The translations under genes and the position numbers were made by a program. A stretch of DNA of 64,000 bases from Chrysomallon squamiferum (lineage: Eukaryota > Animalia > Mollusca). Positions 36,601 to 49,006 of this stretch are shown here, piece by piece (position 1 is the stretch's first letter; each line of letters opens with the position of its first letter). The DNA lies in NCBI GenBank assembly GCA_012295275.1, contig CM022673.1, positions 13,764,001-13,828,000 on the forward strand. Reading direction: 5' to 3'. Below the pieces are notes generated by a model, which worked only from the letters and a program-made list of their open reading frames with translations, did not search any database and had not been told where the DNA came from.

Positions 36601-39600
36601 TGCCATCAGTTCTGCTATCACCTGGTCGACAACCTGTTTTTTAATATTAAACAGGAAAACATTTAAAATGAATTTTCACAGACATAAATATAGTCAATTA
36701 ATTAATCAGGTAAAGTAACTTTTGTCACGTTTTCAGTTTTATTTGCCTGTTAATGTCATTTCAAACCAACCCATTGAATAATGCAGTTAGTTTAAGGTTA
36801 ATTAACTGTATGTACATTCGGTATTAATGTTCTGTCAACAATGCAATTCATTGCTTAAGCCTTAATCATAGTGTGTTATGAAAGAGAGAAATTGTATTAA
36901 AATATTAAGACGTGTTTGTTTTATTACCAAACATTGTGGATGAAGGATCTATATCTTTATGTATCTCTCTTAGATCAATAATCTGAAAATAATCAGAGAT
37001 ATATATATTTTATAACAAAATTGAATAAATAATAATAATGATAACAATAATAATAATAATAATAATAATAATAACTGTTATTGTTGTTGTCATTATTAGT
37101 TATTACCATTACTGTTAATATCATCATCACAAATACAAACTATCCACAACTTCTCTTATTTTCATTAACAAGCAGAAACTATTTTATTTATTTTGTAAAA
37201 TAATGACCTTCTGTATTACTTATAAATTCAAGGCTTTTTACCCTTGCAAATGATTCAGAACAAACCATGACTTTTATTTCAATTTTCTTCTTTTTTTGAT
37301 TTTAAAATGCGATAAATCAATTGATGATTTTCAGAACAGGTGATAAATGTGACTTATTTACAATCAATGATTTTTACTTCAAATTTTTCTTAAAAAGTGT
37401 TTCAAATGTTTAATGTTAATCACTGATTTTCTGTCACCTCTGACTTGTAGATCGATGCATGTGCAAATCCTCTTTCCAAAGATGCTTTGTTTATCACCAT
37501 AGCATCTTCCATGTCATAGCCCTGTCAAGTCAAATTTTATACATCATTAACCTATCATCATATAAAAGTATTATTAACACAGGTACAAAACATCATATAT
37601 ATTCATAAACATAACATATAATGTCATACGAAAATATCATCAAAATTGCATATATCATCATATAAATATATATCTTTAACATCATACATAAATATAATAA
37701 ACACTGAACTTTATTAACAGTTGTGTATGAAATGGCAGATGTCAGCTGTTTCCGTATTAAAGGAAATTTAAGTACAAAAATGTGCTGTTTAATAATAATA
37801 CACAAAAAACTTTTGGCACCTAACATGGTTAAAGGGAGTTAATCCTGCACCTGACTCCAAACAGAAATAAATAAATAGAAAATAATAATAATAATAATAA
37901 TAAAAAATAAAAAAATAAATAAAAAAAAAAAAAAAAAATAAAATAAAAAATAAATAAATAAAATAAATAAATAATAGCAGTATATAAATATTAAAATGAT
38001 ACAAGTCTGACTGTTTAGAGGGATTCAAAATGAAGTTACTGATTAATAAAGCTGACTGTAGCTGAGCAAACGATTATTATGGAATAAAAACTGAACAAAA
38101 ATAAACAAATAAATAAAACCTATATCATCAGCTCTGTCAGAACTGATCTTGTCGGTGTCATGTTCCAGTTGTTAAAAATGGTCATAAATATCAGTGATAC
38201 ATATTAATATAAATAAAACAACAATGATGACAAAAAGAGAACACTGTTTGTTAACCATGTGACACACACACACACACACATACAGATATATGTATTTATA
38301 AAATATAGTATTGCTTACTGTATATGAAATAACTGCCACAACAGCATTGGTGCCTAGAGGGTAGTCATCTACTTGATAGAGGTCATGTGTCACAGGTCTG
38401 GACAGTGGACTTTGTGGCGTCTGAATCCTGTACAGCTTGTTGTCTCCCCTGTGGGCCAGGGCATGGCAGGGAGTGCCCAGTGTCTGTTTACCCATCTAGA
38501 TAAAAAGAAAATTAACAAATACTATTTCATGAAGAAACACTCAGTAACTGATGAAAAAGGTGGTTAATTTTTTCTCATAAGAGCAACGACCCCACTGGCT
38601 ATTATTTTATTGAATAGCAAGCAATGAATCTTTTATATGAACCTTCTCATAAACTAATTATATGTAGCACTGCCTTCATAAACCACAAATTCAGTATGGG
38701 AGCCAGCCAAATCAGAAACCGGGAAGAACTGACTTTGTGATCTGATAACTGAACCATTAATATTAGGAAGTAATTAGTTATTGTTGAATAATATTAAGAT
38801 ACACAGGTGTGTCTTACCTCAGACTAATTAGAAACAAATTAATTACTATTAGAGAAGTATTAATAATACACAGGTATATCTTATCTCAGACTTATTAGAT
38901 TATAAATTATTTTTGTTACACAATTTTTAAATATACAGGTGTGACTTTATTTTCACTGATTACAAAGTAATGAATTATTGTTAGAGATACTTCAGAAAGA
39001 CACAGGTAGACACAGGTGTGTCACTCACCTGACACTGATACATGTTTCTAGGACTCTGGTTGAAGTCAGAGAAGGGGGTGAAGGTTGCCACGGCACTCAG
39101 CATGGCCCCAGGAGACAACTCTCTGTGTGTTGTTATCTGAAATATATCCACGTATAAAACATCTCAATGAACTACTTACGTCCTCTGTTTTCTTGTTGTG
39201 GGGCAGATTCACACAATAATGTTTTAGTGTTAAAAGTGTGTGCCAATAAATATTATTTTTTTATTTTAGTTTTCAAGAAGAAGGAAAAAAAAATGAATGA
39301 AATTAAAATTACAAATAAAAAAATATTTGTGAGATGAAAAATAAATCAAGATTTTTAAATTTAAAAAGTGATAAAATCTGACTGGATTATCTTTAATTTT
39401 ACCAATAATAATAATAATGAAAAAATTTCAAAAAGTTATTAATAAAATATTATAAACTCATAATATAAAAATATAATATTGTAAGATTCCAGCAATACTC
39501 TTTAGATTAAAATTAAATACTACTAATAAAAAATAATATTTAAAAAAAGAAAGAATGATCCAGATTGTTAAATTAACAAAGTCATAAAATATTTATCTTT

Positions 39601-42600
39601 GTCACCAACTTATAAAAAAAAAATTTGCCAAAAATTCAAAAAGAAATATTAATACATTAAAAGTTATATTATTTAAAAAAAAAAAAAAAAATCCTGTGTT
39701 TGATATCTCTTTTCTATACAGTTATATCCAAGTAAGAAATGTTACTACATTTGAAACAAAAACCTATTTTAGAGTTATATTCAAGAAAACTCACCCCATC
39801 TTTGATATCGCTGTCTGATATGGCTATATCCAAGTAAACTTGTTCAAAACTTCCAATGTACTCCACTTCGCCCACAGCCAGGTTTTTCACTGGTCGAATC
39901 ATCCGAGCCAGCGAGGTGAACAAAAACAGACCAGGGTACTGACTGGCACACTCTGTAGTTGGAACAAAACAGATCTCCATGAACTGAAACACCTGAAACA
40001 AAACACTTTAAATAATGAAACACAACATCAGGAACATTGAAGCAGTACCACAAGATAGCTGAAACACAAAACAAATCTAAACAGGCAAAGCAGACCATGG
40101 AAGGAAAGAGTTGAAACAATTAAAACCAACAATGTTTTTTTTTTTAGTGTTGATACATGTTAAATATAACAAAATATATAACAAAATGTAAAAACTTTAA
40201 AAATGTGAAGATAAAGGAAATGTGTAATTGCTGTTCTAGTGCATGAAACAATAGAAATTTTCCATAGCAATGTTTTTAGGGGATTATATTGAAAAAAAGT
40301 AAAATAAACATCTCAAATTCAACTTAAAAATAGAAATAACAACCATAAATATAATTTCATCAATATTTTACAATTACCTACTGTCTTGTTAATATTTTCA
40401 ATTATATTAACAAAAATAAAAAATAAAGTGACAAAGCAAACACAATAATTTACAACTCACATTATTCAAACCTTTCACTTTCATAACCCTGAGACTTTTT
40501 ACCAAGTCCTCAGCGATGGTGGTGCCAATGTAGCCAACGATGCGACCGTCAAGCAGCACAGTGTAAGACTGAGACACAGAAACCGGAGATCCGCAGGGAC
40601 TCATTCCTAGAGATATCAACAACTTGACAAGGGGACTCGAGTTGTACGTGATGTTACACAACTGTGAATTAAATTAACACTTTTTCTTACAACACTGTCA
40701 AACATACACCTTTTAAAACACAAACCAATAGATTAGAAACATTCTTTGGGTATATTCTTTTACTAATTAACAAAATATTGTTCATAAACAGACTCCAAAG
40801 ATAAAAGTGACACATCATCAATCAGTTTTTCAAAATATTAGTAAAAGGGCTCCAGCTAGACTGGGAAATAAATTACAAAGAATCTATAACAAACACTTCT
40901 CAAATGTGAACAGAATTTGTTTTGTTTTTTATAGACCTGTTGGAAATATTTTTTTATTACCTAACTCTCCTGAAATTTCTAAACTATATATCTATGATCT
41001 ATATCTACCATAATACATACATCATACATACATATATATATATATATATATACTGTCAAATATACACCTTTTAAAACTAAACATTCTATATATATATATA
41101 TATATGTATGTATCTATATCTAGATACATACACAAAAAATATTTCCAATAGGTCTACATATATATATATATATATATGTATGTACACATAGATATATAGT
41201 TTAGAAATTTCAGGAGAGTTAGGTAATAAAAAAAATATTTCACATAAAAAAAAAAAAAAATGTTCACATAGATTCTTTGTAATTTATTTCAATCTATATA
41301 TATATATATATACATACAAATAGTTTTTCTTTATTTTTTGTTAGTGAAGTTCTCTAACCAGTTTCTACTTTGAACACAAACCTGGCAGAGAGCAGCTAGA
41401 TGATTGATGAGACCACACAAACCTCCATCAGGAGTGTGTACAGGACACAGAAAACCTGAAACACAGTGAAACATAAAACTTCAACTGTCTAATCCACCAC
41501 AAACTGTTTTTTTTAATTTTTTTATCAATAGTTACATAACTGATATGTAACAAAAGTATAAAAACTGATTTTTGTAAACAAGTCTTCTTTTTGTTTTGAT
41601 AATTAACTGATTTTGGAAGTTCATTGATAATATTTGACAGCTACATTTTCCAATAAGAATTTGCTAATTTATACCCTCACTGAAAATAATAAGTTAGTAA
41701 TTCCACTGATACAAGTGAAGATCTTATACAATACTGGATCACAAATTAATTATTTTAGACTTACTGAATCGTCAAGTTGTACTGAACGTCACAGTAATGC
41801 ATTCACTAAAAATCAACAGTGATATATCTGTTTATTTATTTTTTATTTTTACATTGATTATCATTTTACTGATACACCAGACCGTAGCTGATACTTTTAT
41901 TTACTTTAACGAATGCTAAACTAAATTCATTACTAGAAATCAGAGAAATGAGTTGAGTAAGAAGTGGCTCACTGACCCCAGGCTTCCGGGCGCAACTTTC
42001 TCACAGATGTCGTTCTCATTTCAGCAAAAAACGCTCCTCGATGTACACAGCGGAAGTGAGACATGTACCTGAGGAAATTCAGTTTGTCAGCAAGAACAGA
42101 CAGTCCTGACGACTGAAAACAAACACTCACAGATTCAGAGTCCAAAATTTTTTTTTTTTTTTTTAAATGTAATTTTTAAATTTTTTTATTAATTAAAGGA
42201 TTATTGATTCAAAAAAAAAACAAAAACAAATGTAAATCATTTTGAAGTTTATGTAATTAAAATTTATAAACTCAAAGAAAGAACAAAAATGTAAATTTTA
42301 AAATTTAAATAATTAAAGGTCTATAGATCTGTTTGTCATGCCATATTCAGTAGGATTCACCAAATGATATTAGTTTCTATATCAGCACTGGTATTAACAC
42401 ATTACATGCAGAAAGCCTATAATTTTATATCAAATAATATTTTTATCTGGTATGTCCAGAATGAGGTACCACAGCCACTGAGGTTACTACTAGCTGAAAG
42501 CTATTCCCAGAAAAATGCTTAAGCAAATAAAAGAATTAAAACTAAATAACTCACCTGCATAAGACCTAGCCCAGACTTTGAAACCAGGTTTCCAGTTGCT

Positions 42601-45600
42601 AACAGATACTCCACCGCTTTGCTGATTTCTTTGGCTTGGGATTGGCTGATACGAAATATCTTATTAAATGATGCTAAAAAATAAATACAATTATGAAAAT
42701 TAAATACTAAGTTTACATCTACGTTAATAATAATAACAGATCTGCAAAGAAGAATAGTTTCAGTATTCAATAAGTCTGAGGTGTATAATGATTAAAAATT
42801 ACAGAGAAAATATTTTGGCTAAATTTAAAAAGGGATTGAACTGATTAATGATGATTTAATGACACCTATGAATATTGTTTGTGTCATTGTGTGGTAAGAG
42901 TGATAAGAAAAATAAATGTAGAATTAGAAAATGAATGAAAATGAATGAACAGTAGTTAATTCTTTTCTTTTTAAAAAAACATAACATCAGGTTCAAGTAA
43001 CAGGTGAAAAAACCTAATACCTTCAGTAAACGATGATGTTTCAATTTGAGATTTGGTATATCTTATGATGGTCATTCGTAAAACATTCAGATAGCCCTGA
43101 AGTCTTTCCTGAAACAGACATATTGAATATCTCAGAATAAAACATGGTGCATGAATACCTGTCTAAAACATACATCACACAGTAAGTTTTTCTATTTCCA
43201 TTCAAGATGTCACAGTAGACAAGAGTGAAAATGAAAACAAAACCTTTCATTAATTCATGTGGACTTCTAATATTACTGTAACACTGTATTGTTATTACTA
43301 ACAAATGTAAACATCCTAAAATAATCACTTCAGGGTTTGAGTTGTTTCATCAAAAGTAGCACTTTTAAATTATTTACCTTTAAAAGCATCAAGTACAGGT
43401 GACCTCCAAGAAGAATTTCTTGATTCATTGGATTGTCTGGACTCTCTGCAGCACATTCCCCTTTAGCAAAAGCAAACAGTTTCTTTGTCATAAACCTGTG
43501 AAAACAACAATAAAACAATCTTAAGATATTCATCACATCAGCTATTGGGTGCAATGAATATCTGTCTGTCTACACACGCACACACATCTACACACGCACG
43601 CACATTCATCCTCAATTATACTTACACCAAGAAATTAAATTTGTCCAAGGCAGACTCTAAGTGACAACAAACACACTGCCTGCAAAAATAAAAAAAATTA
43701 TTTTATAGATCATGTGAGAAAAGGAAGTTTTACAAAGGATTCAAAACATTTTGTTTGAAGAATTTTACAAAATGGTACGGCATAATAACATAAAAAAATC
43801 ATTTACTAATGAAATTCAATTATTAATTATGACAATAACAGCAAATTAAAATAATATACAATAAGACTGGTATTAAAATTAAACCATCTTATAACAATTT
43901 AAAATCATACTGTTTACAAATAGTGAAGTTAAAAAGTAAACGTCTGCTCACTGAAACAGGAACACTGCTGCCTGGGTGTCGGTGTACCACTCAGGAACGT
44001 GGTAGTCGAGTTTGTGGCGGAACCGACTACCAATGTATCGCAGAATGCTGCTTTGCGTCAGCAGATTTTCATCCAGCGCCTGGCGCAGCATGAACACAAC
44101 ACATCTGTAACAAAAACACTAGAAATGAAACCAGAGAACATCCGTGAAGTCACTGAATAGTTAATATCCATCGTGTGTTTTGCATAATTCATGTATTACT
44201 GCGGCAGTCTGTTCTTGTTGTTTTGTTCTGTGACGGTGTCTGGCAGGGCTGGCTGCTTTGTTCGTCACTGCACTGAATTACAGTCTATGCAAACAACTTG
44301 TTTTCAACAAACTCTCTAGTGCCACCTTGTAACTGGACAGGTGGATAGAAGACTGGTCTCATTGTTTCAGTTATTTTGTTATTTTAAAAAAAAAAAGAAT
44401 TTTGTATTTCAAGATTACTGAAATGGCTATATAAGTTATCATTAAATATCCACCAACTACATTCAGAAAATGTACAGTGCTATTATTCTCATTAACATAT
44501 TGTCTATATGCTTGCATCTGTCAAAAAGAAAAGAAGAAAAAAAAAGCTTTACTACACAACTTGTTAAAAGCTATAGAAACAACTAACTGGTCAACTTACC
44601 CTTTATAGAAAGAGTCATCCTCTTTGCCTGCTATAAGCTGATCATACAGAAATTTGTCAGTTACATCAACCAAGCCCTGAAATTACACAAAACTCAAGTC
44701 TTACATTTACTGCTATCAAGAGAATTCAAATAAGGGAGACAACCCAGTCACCACTGTGTGCTTTTACTTGTAACACCAATGGAAGTCAACTTTCTCAAGG
44801 ACAGGTAGAGAGATGTATATATAGCAGGATGAACACTGTGAGTCTGGAATGGAATGCACAGAAAATGATGTCAGAATACTTACTTTCAATACAAAGACCA
44901 CAGGAATGTAGAAAACCTGTTTTTCAAAAGTTATTCCCAGTGTGGCAGTACCATTGGCCAAATAATGGAGAAACATGTTCTGAAATAATAAAAAATACAA
45001 AATACAAAAAATGAAAAAAAATCTTTGATGGTTAGACAGTGAATTCTAAAAATGTTATCCAGTTGTCACATAGAAAGAAAATATGTGCATTATGAAACAA
45101 ATATACATTTGGGTAAGACAATTATTATTATTATTTTTAATGTATATTAAATAAATTATAAAAAAATAAAATAAAAAAAAGCTATATTTTTTAAGTGCTG
45201 CATAATGGCTTGGAAGTAAATGTAGAATTTATCCAATAACTGTAGTAGCCAAACAAAAAAAGAAAAAAAAAAGAAAGAAAAAACAGAGAGATTAAACAGT
45301 GAAGAATAAACCAGAAGCTGGAAAAAGAAGAAGGAAAGAATAAAAATCAAAACCAGCTGTTTCCACTTAGGTGAACATTTGTCACTGATTAGCAATAAAG
45401 ACACTGTCCTAAGCACCGTCTCATACGCAGGCAAGCATCTTTGACTTTTGACACACTAACGGATAGACAAGTGATTTTCTGGACAGTACTACCTAATTCA
45501 AAGTCACCTGACACTTTTTCATTTATATAGAAGAAAATTATTTAAACTGTATAATAATAAAAAGAAAATATTCCTTGTTTTTTCTGACTCACCATACTGG

Positions 45601-48600
45601 ACTGGTCAGCTCGAACACATCTCATAGAGATACCAAACTCTGTGAAATGTCTGCCTCGTCCTTTCCACGATGGGCGTACCAAACACAAAGGCTAAAATGT
45701 AATTTTTTTAAAGATCACAATTAAAAACAATAAAACTGAACAGAGGAGCTACCTATATTCTGTAGCTGGGTGAATCATTTTCAGTAATCATACACTTTTT
45801 AATTAACAACAAAAATAAATTTAATTAAAACATTCAGAGTTCTGATAGCAAAAAAAACAAAAAAAACCCAAAAACATTTGGAATATCAGTCTGTGTAGAT
45901 ATATCTATATATCAACAAACCAGGCTAGTTGTATTGATAGAATGTATGACCTTTTGTTTCATAGTAAAAAGTAAATAATTCACACATCACGTTTCAAATG
46001 AAGTGCATTGTGATTGAGAATACTAAAGGAAAGTGGAAAAATTTTGTAAAAATTTTAATTCCTATTAGATTACGATACAAGTGAAAACTTACAAAATTTC
46101 TTCTTGGCAGAATAATCATTCGCAGAATTCTCTCATTTCCATTGATAATAAAATAACCACCCATTTCCTAAAAAGAGATTATTAAACTTGTTATGCATAT
46201 ATGTAAGATAGTTTAACAAAAACATTTCCTTTAAGTTTACACTTTAAAAAAAAATTATTTAATCAAAACAAATTGGAGATTATCTTCTAGCAGTGATAAA
46301 GAACAATTAGAAAAACAAAATCTAGCACATCTAAGGTTAGTAATAAGCTGTTGTCCATTATAAAGGAAAATGTATTGTTTTATATAAATGGACAGAAAAT
46401 TGATCATAGCTTTTTTTTTAAAAAGTAAAAATAAATAAAAATATAAATATTAAAAAAAAGACAGGTCAGAGAAGATAAAAAAAAATACACACATTTGCAG
46501 AGAGAGACAGAGACAGTGAGAGAGAAAGAGAGAGAGAGAGAGATACTTAAAATTCACAAATGAGTGTTAATGTCAGATATGAGGAGTGCAGACTGCTGTA
46601 AATTTTTTACGTTGGCTTCTTCTTTGTGTTTGATCAGCGGCAGGACTCATATTTGCCAGATTGCAGATATCCGACTAAAAGATAAAATTTAATTCTTATA
46701 TCTATATAAAATCTCTATTATTAATTTTCTTCTAGAAAAGAGATGTTTCAGAAATAAAATTTATACAAGTGTTTCAAATACTCAAATGACCATTTCAGAA
46801 GAATTAAACCCCCAAAACTAGTAAATATATATTTGCACTTTTGCACAACTCCAACGTTAAATTTAATAGCTCATAACCTTCCTTTTGGGTTTTTTCAATA
46901 AAACTTTTATAAATGCAAAAACATTAAGACACTTTTGAATTCTTATTACAGCATAATCTCAAGATTAAATAATCAGGTTTTACCTTCACCATGACAGGAA
47001 GATGGCTAGCATATTGATTTACTGTTGCAATGTGGCTGCCATTGACCATACACGAGACTTGAATTTGTAAACTTCCACTGTATGAAACCCCTCGCTCTCG
47101 ACACTGTAACATTAGGAATTACAGTAAAACATTTTCAGCAAAATCTTTTTATTTTTCATTAACAAAAGTATTATATTAGCAAAGTTTTTAGCAAAACAAT
47201 TTTTATTTTTCATAATTTTAGAACTTTTAGAAATATTTGTATTTATTATTCATAAATAATGACACAATTTTTTTTTTTAAATTTAGTTATAAAACAATCA
47301 AAGTCTTCATGACTGTGAATTATCTGTGATTTAGTTTGGAATAGTTAACAGTAAATAATAAAACAATAATTACTTCTGAGGGATATATTTTCAAATTGGA
47401 TGCAAATTCGTTGTTCTCTGAAATACTTGGAGGTAATATCACAGCATCCTGTCAAAACAAAACAGTTAAAAAAAATTAAAAATTAAAAAAATAACAATAA
47501 TACTGTAACATACAACTTATTAGTCATGTTAAAAATATGTCATTTCATTTTGTTTTCACATAAGCTCATTCTTTCATGACAATAAAGTATGATAATACTA
47601 TTGCATGCCCACAGTGAATACTTACATCAATAACTAAAGACATGCGGTCACCATTTGGAAGAGCAAACTGCGAAGGAGGAATACTCTGAAGAAAATAAAA
47701 TAAAATAAATAAACAGCATTCATTAGGCATAATAAAGATTTCAATAAAAATTTCAATGAGTGTGTATTATAATTATATAACTTCACAAATATTATTATTT
47801 TTTTATAAATATGAAACAATTCATAGAATATTTATCAATATAAATATAATATACAGGCTTTGCCATTTATATAAATGCTGCATTATTCATATAATTAATT
47901 GTCAACAATCTTACAACTATATGAGGTGCATGAACTGATCTTAATATCTGGAAGTGAGATACTGTTCGTTATCTTACTTATTTAACATTTTCTTAACATT
48001 CATAGCAATATATTATCAAAATATTTATATTTATAAAAGTATAGTAACTGTGAATTACCTGAATAGCTTTTGCTAGTCCCTCATTAAGCATATAGTTAAA
48101 TGAATCAATGTGAGGTCTTGTCAGTTCATGCAGCATCTAAAAAAAACCAAAAAACAATAATAATTAAAAAAAATAATTATAAAATAATTAAACAATAAAA
48201 TAAAAAGATAAATAAATAAATAATAACAATAGAATAAAAAATTATGCAAAAAAATAATTTTTTGTGATTACTATTAGTATTAATAATACAATTACATCTA
48301 AAAAAAATTATTATCATTTAAAAATATTTACTGTTACTAGTTTTAGTACTCTTACGATTATTATCATACATTGTTCTGTTGGCATGGTCTTAAATTATAC
48401 AAATTAAAAATTATAATAAAATAAACTTGTAATTAATAATTTATTTGATGTATCATTTGTCAGATTTAATTATTAATAGTGTATGTTGTGCAATACAAAT
48501 AACATTAACAGCAATAACTGAATAAATAATAACACATACTGAAAACTGGAATGTTCGGAACATTCGTAATTCACTGGTAGGGTAATTTTACCTAGGGTAA

Positions 48601-48779
48601 CTTTAACTAGTTTAAGTTTAAATTAGATGCCAGCAGAACGTGAATTAAAAAAATAACATTCCTTATTCTTAATAATTTGTGACAAAAGCACTTACGCCAT
48701 GTTGCTGTTTTGGTGGGACACCGAAATTTGGATCCTGAAGATTTTTAAAGCTCGGTTTCACAGCTTCTATAGATGTCAT
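30656..48779 (-). CDS. POLR1B: DNA-directed RNA polymerase I subunit RPA2 (second largest), ~1140 aa, 31 coding exons
   Basis: Exons (high-low): 48779-48696, 48136-48059, 47685-47626, 47448-47374, 47103-46984, 46674-46611, 46167-46093, 45691-45593, 44979-44884, 44676-44600, 44104-43952, 43679-43626, 43495-43378, 43108-43021, 42673-42555, 42112-41977, 41455-41382, 40661-40461, 39992-39795, 39136-39029, 38495-38319, 37521-37438, 36982-36928, 36633-36537, 36103-35962, 35679-35621, 35282-35185, 32733-32608, 32161-32034, 31539-31375, 30874-30656. Motifs [91 protein letters not shown] and RFGEMERD; the HRG and [13 protein letters not shown] forms indicate Pol I. Confidence 0.97.
32723..34235 (-). 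repeat. 43-bp (47/54-bp variants) tandem repeat, ~33 copies, containing the POLR1B acceptor and first ~11 exon nt
   Basis: Minus-strand unit CTGTTTGTGAAGTGTTTGAGGTGTGTTTTCAG|GRATGATGATA. The innermost copy (AG at 32735-32734) runs into the real exon GG ATG ATG ATA GAG TCG (GMMIES). Confidence 0.95.
34230..34467. repeat. 42-bp tandem repeat (~5 copies) derived from the distal end of the 43-bp array
   Basis: AACATTTCACAAACAGAAAGTAACATCTATCTCCAAAATACT shares TTCACAAACAGAAAGTA with the adjacent array but lacks the splice site. Confidence 0.85.
35395..35502. repeat. ~24-bp intronic minisatellite, 4-5 copies
   Basis: TATTAAAAATATCACTGAAACTY repeated; contains no splice site. Confidence 0.8.
40864..41290. 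repeat. Inverted repeat (arms ~105-130 bp) around a (TA)n-rich spacer in a POLR1B intron
   Basis: GAAATATTTTTTTATTACCTAACTCTCCTGAAATTTCTAAACTATATATCTATG (~40943-40996) has its reverse complement at ~41187-41241. GAAATAAATTACAAAGAATCTAT (~40865) pairs with ~41268-41290. Confidence 0.85.
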
Positions 48780-48899
48780 GTTATCTGTTCAATACAAAAA
48801 CCATGTGCTTCCTGCTTTGTGTGACAAAAATATCAACTTCCGCAGGGGACATAATTGGTATATCTGCGGCAATCCCAACGTTAAGCACTATATCTGTAT

Positions 48900-48932
<33 letters not shown>

Positions 48933-48965
48933 CTTATTGAAAATTAAAAGTGAATAGTATTTTAA

Positions 48966-49006
<41 letters not shown>

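Noticed and set aside
46611-46674. POLR1B or CCDC47 as pseudogenes, or programmed frameshifting
   Set aside because: Single isolated indels in otherwise intact conserved genes with no slippery-site context; consensus error is more parsimonious.
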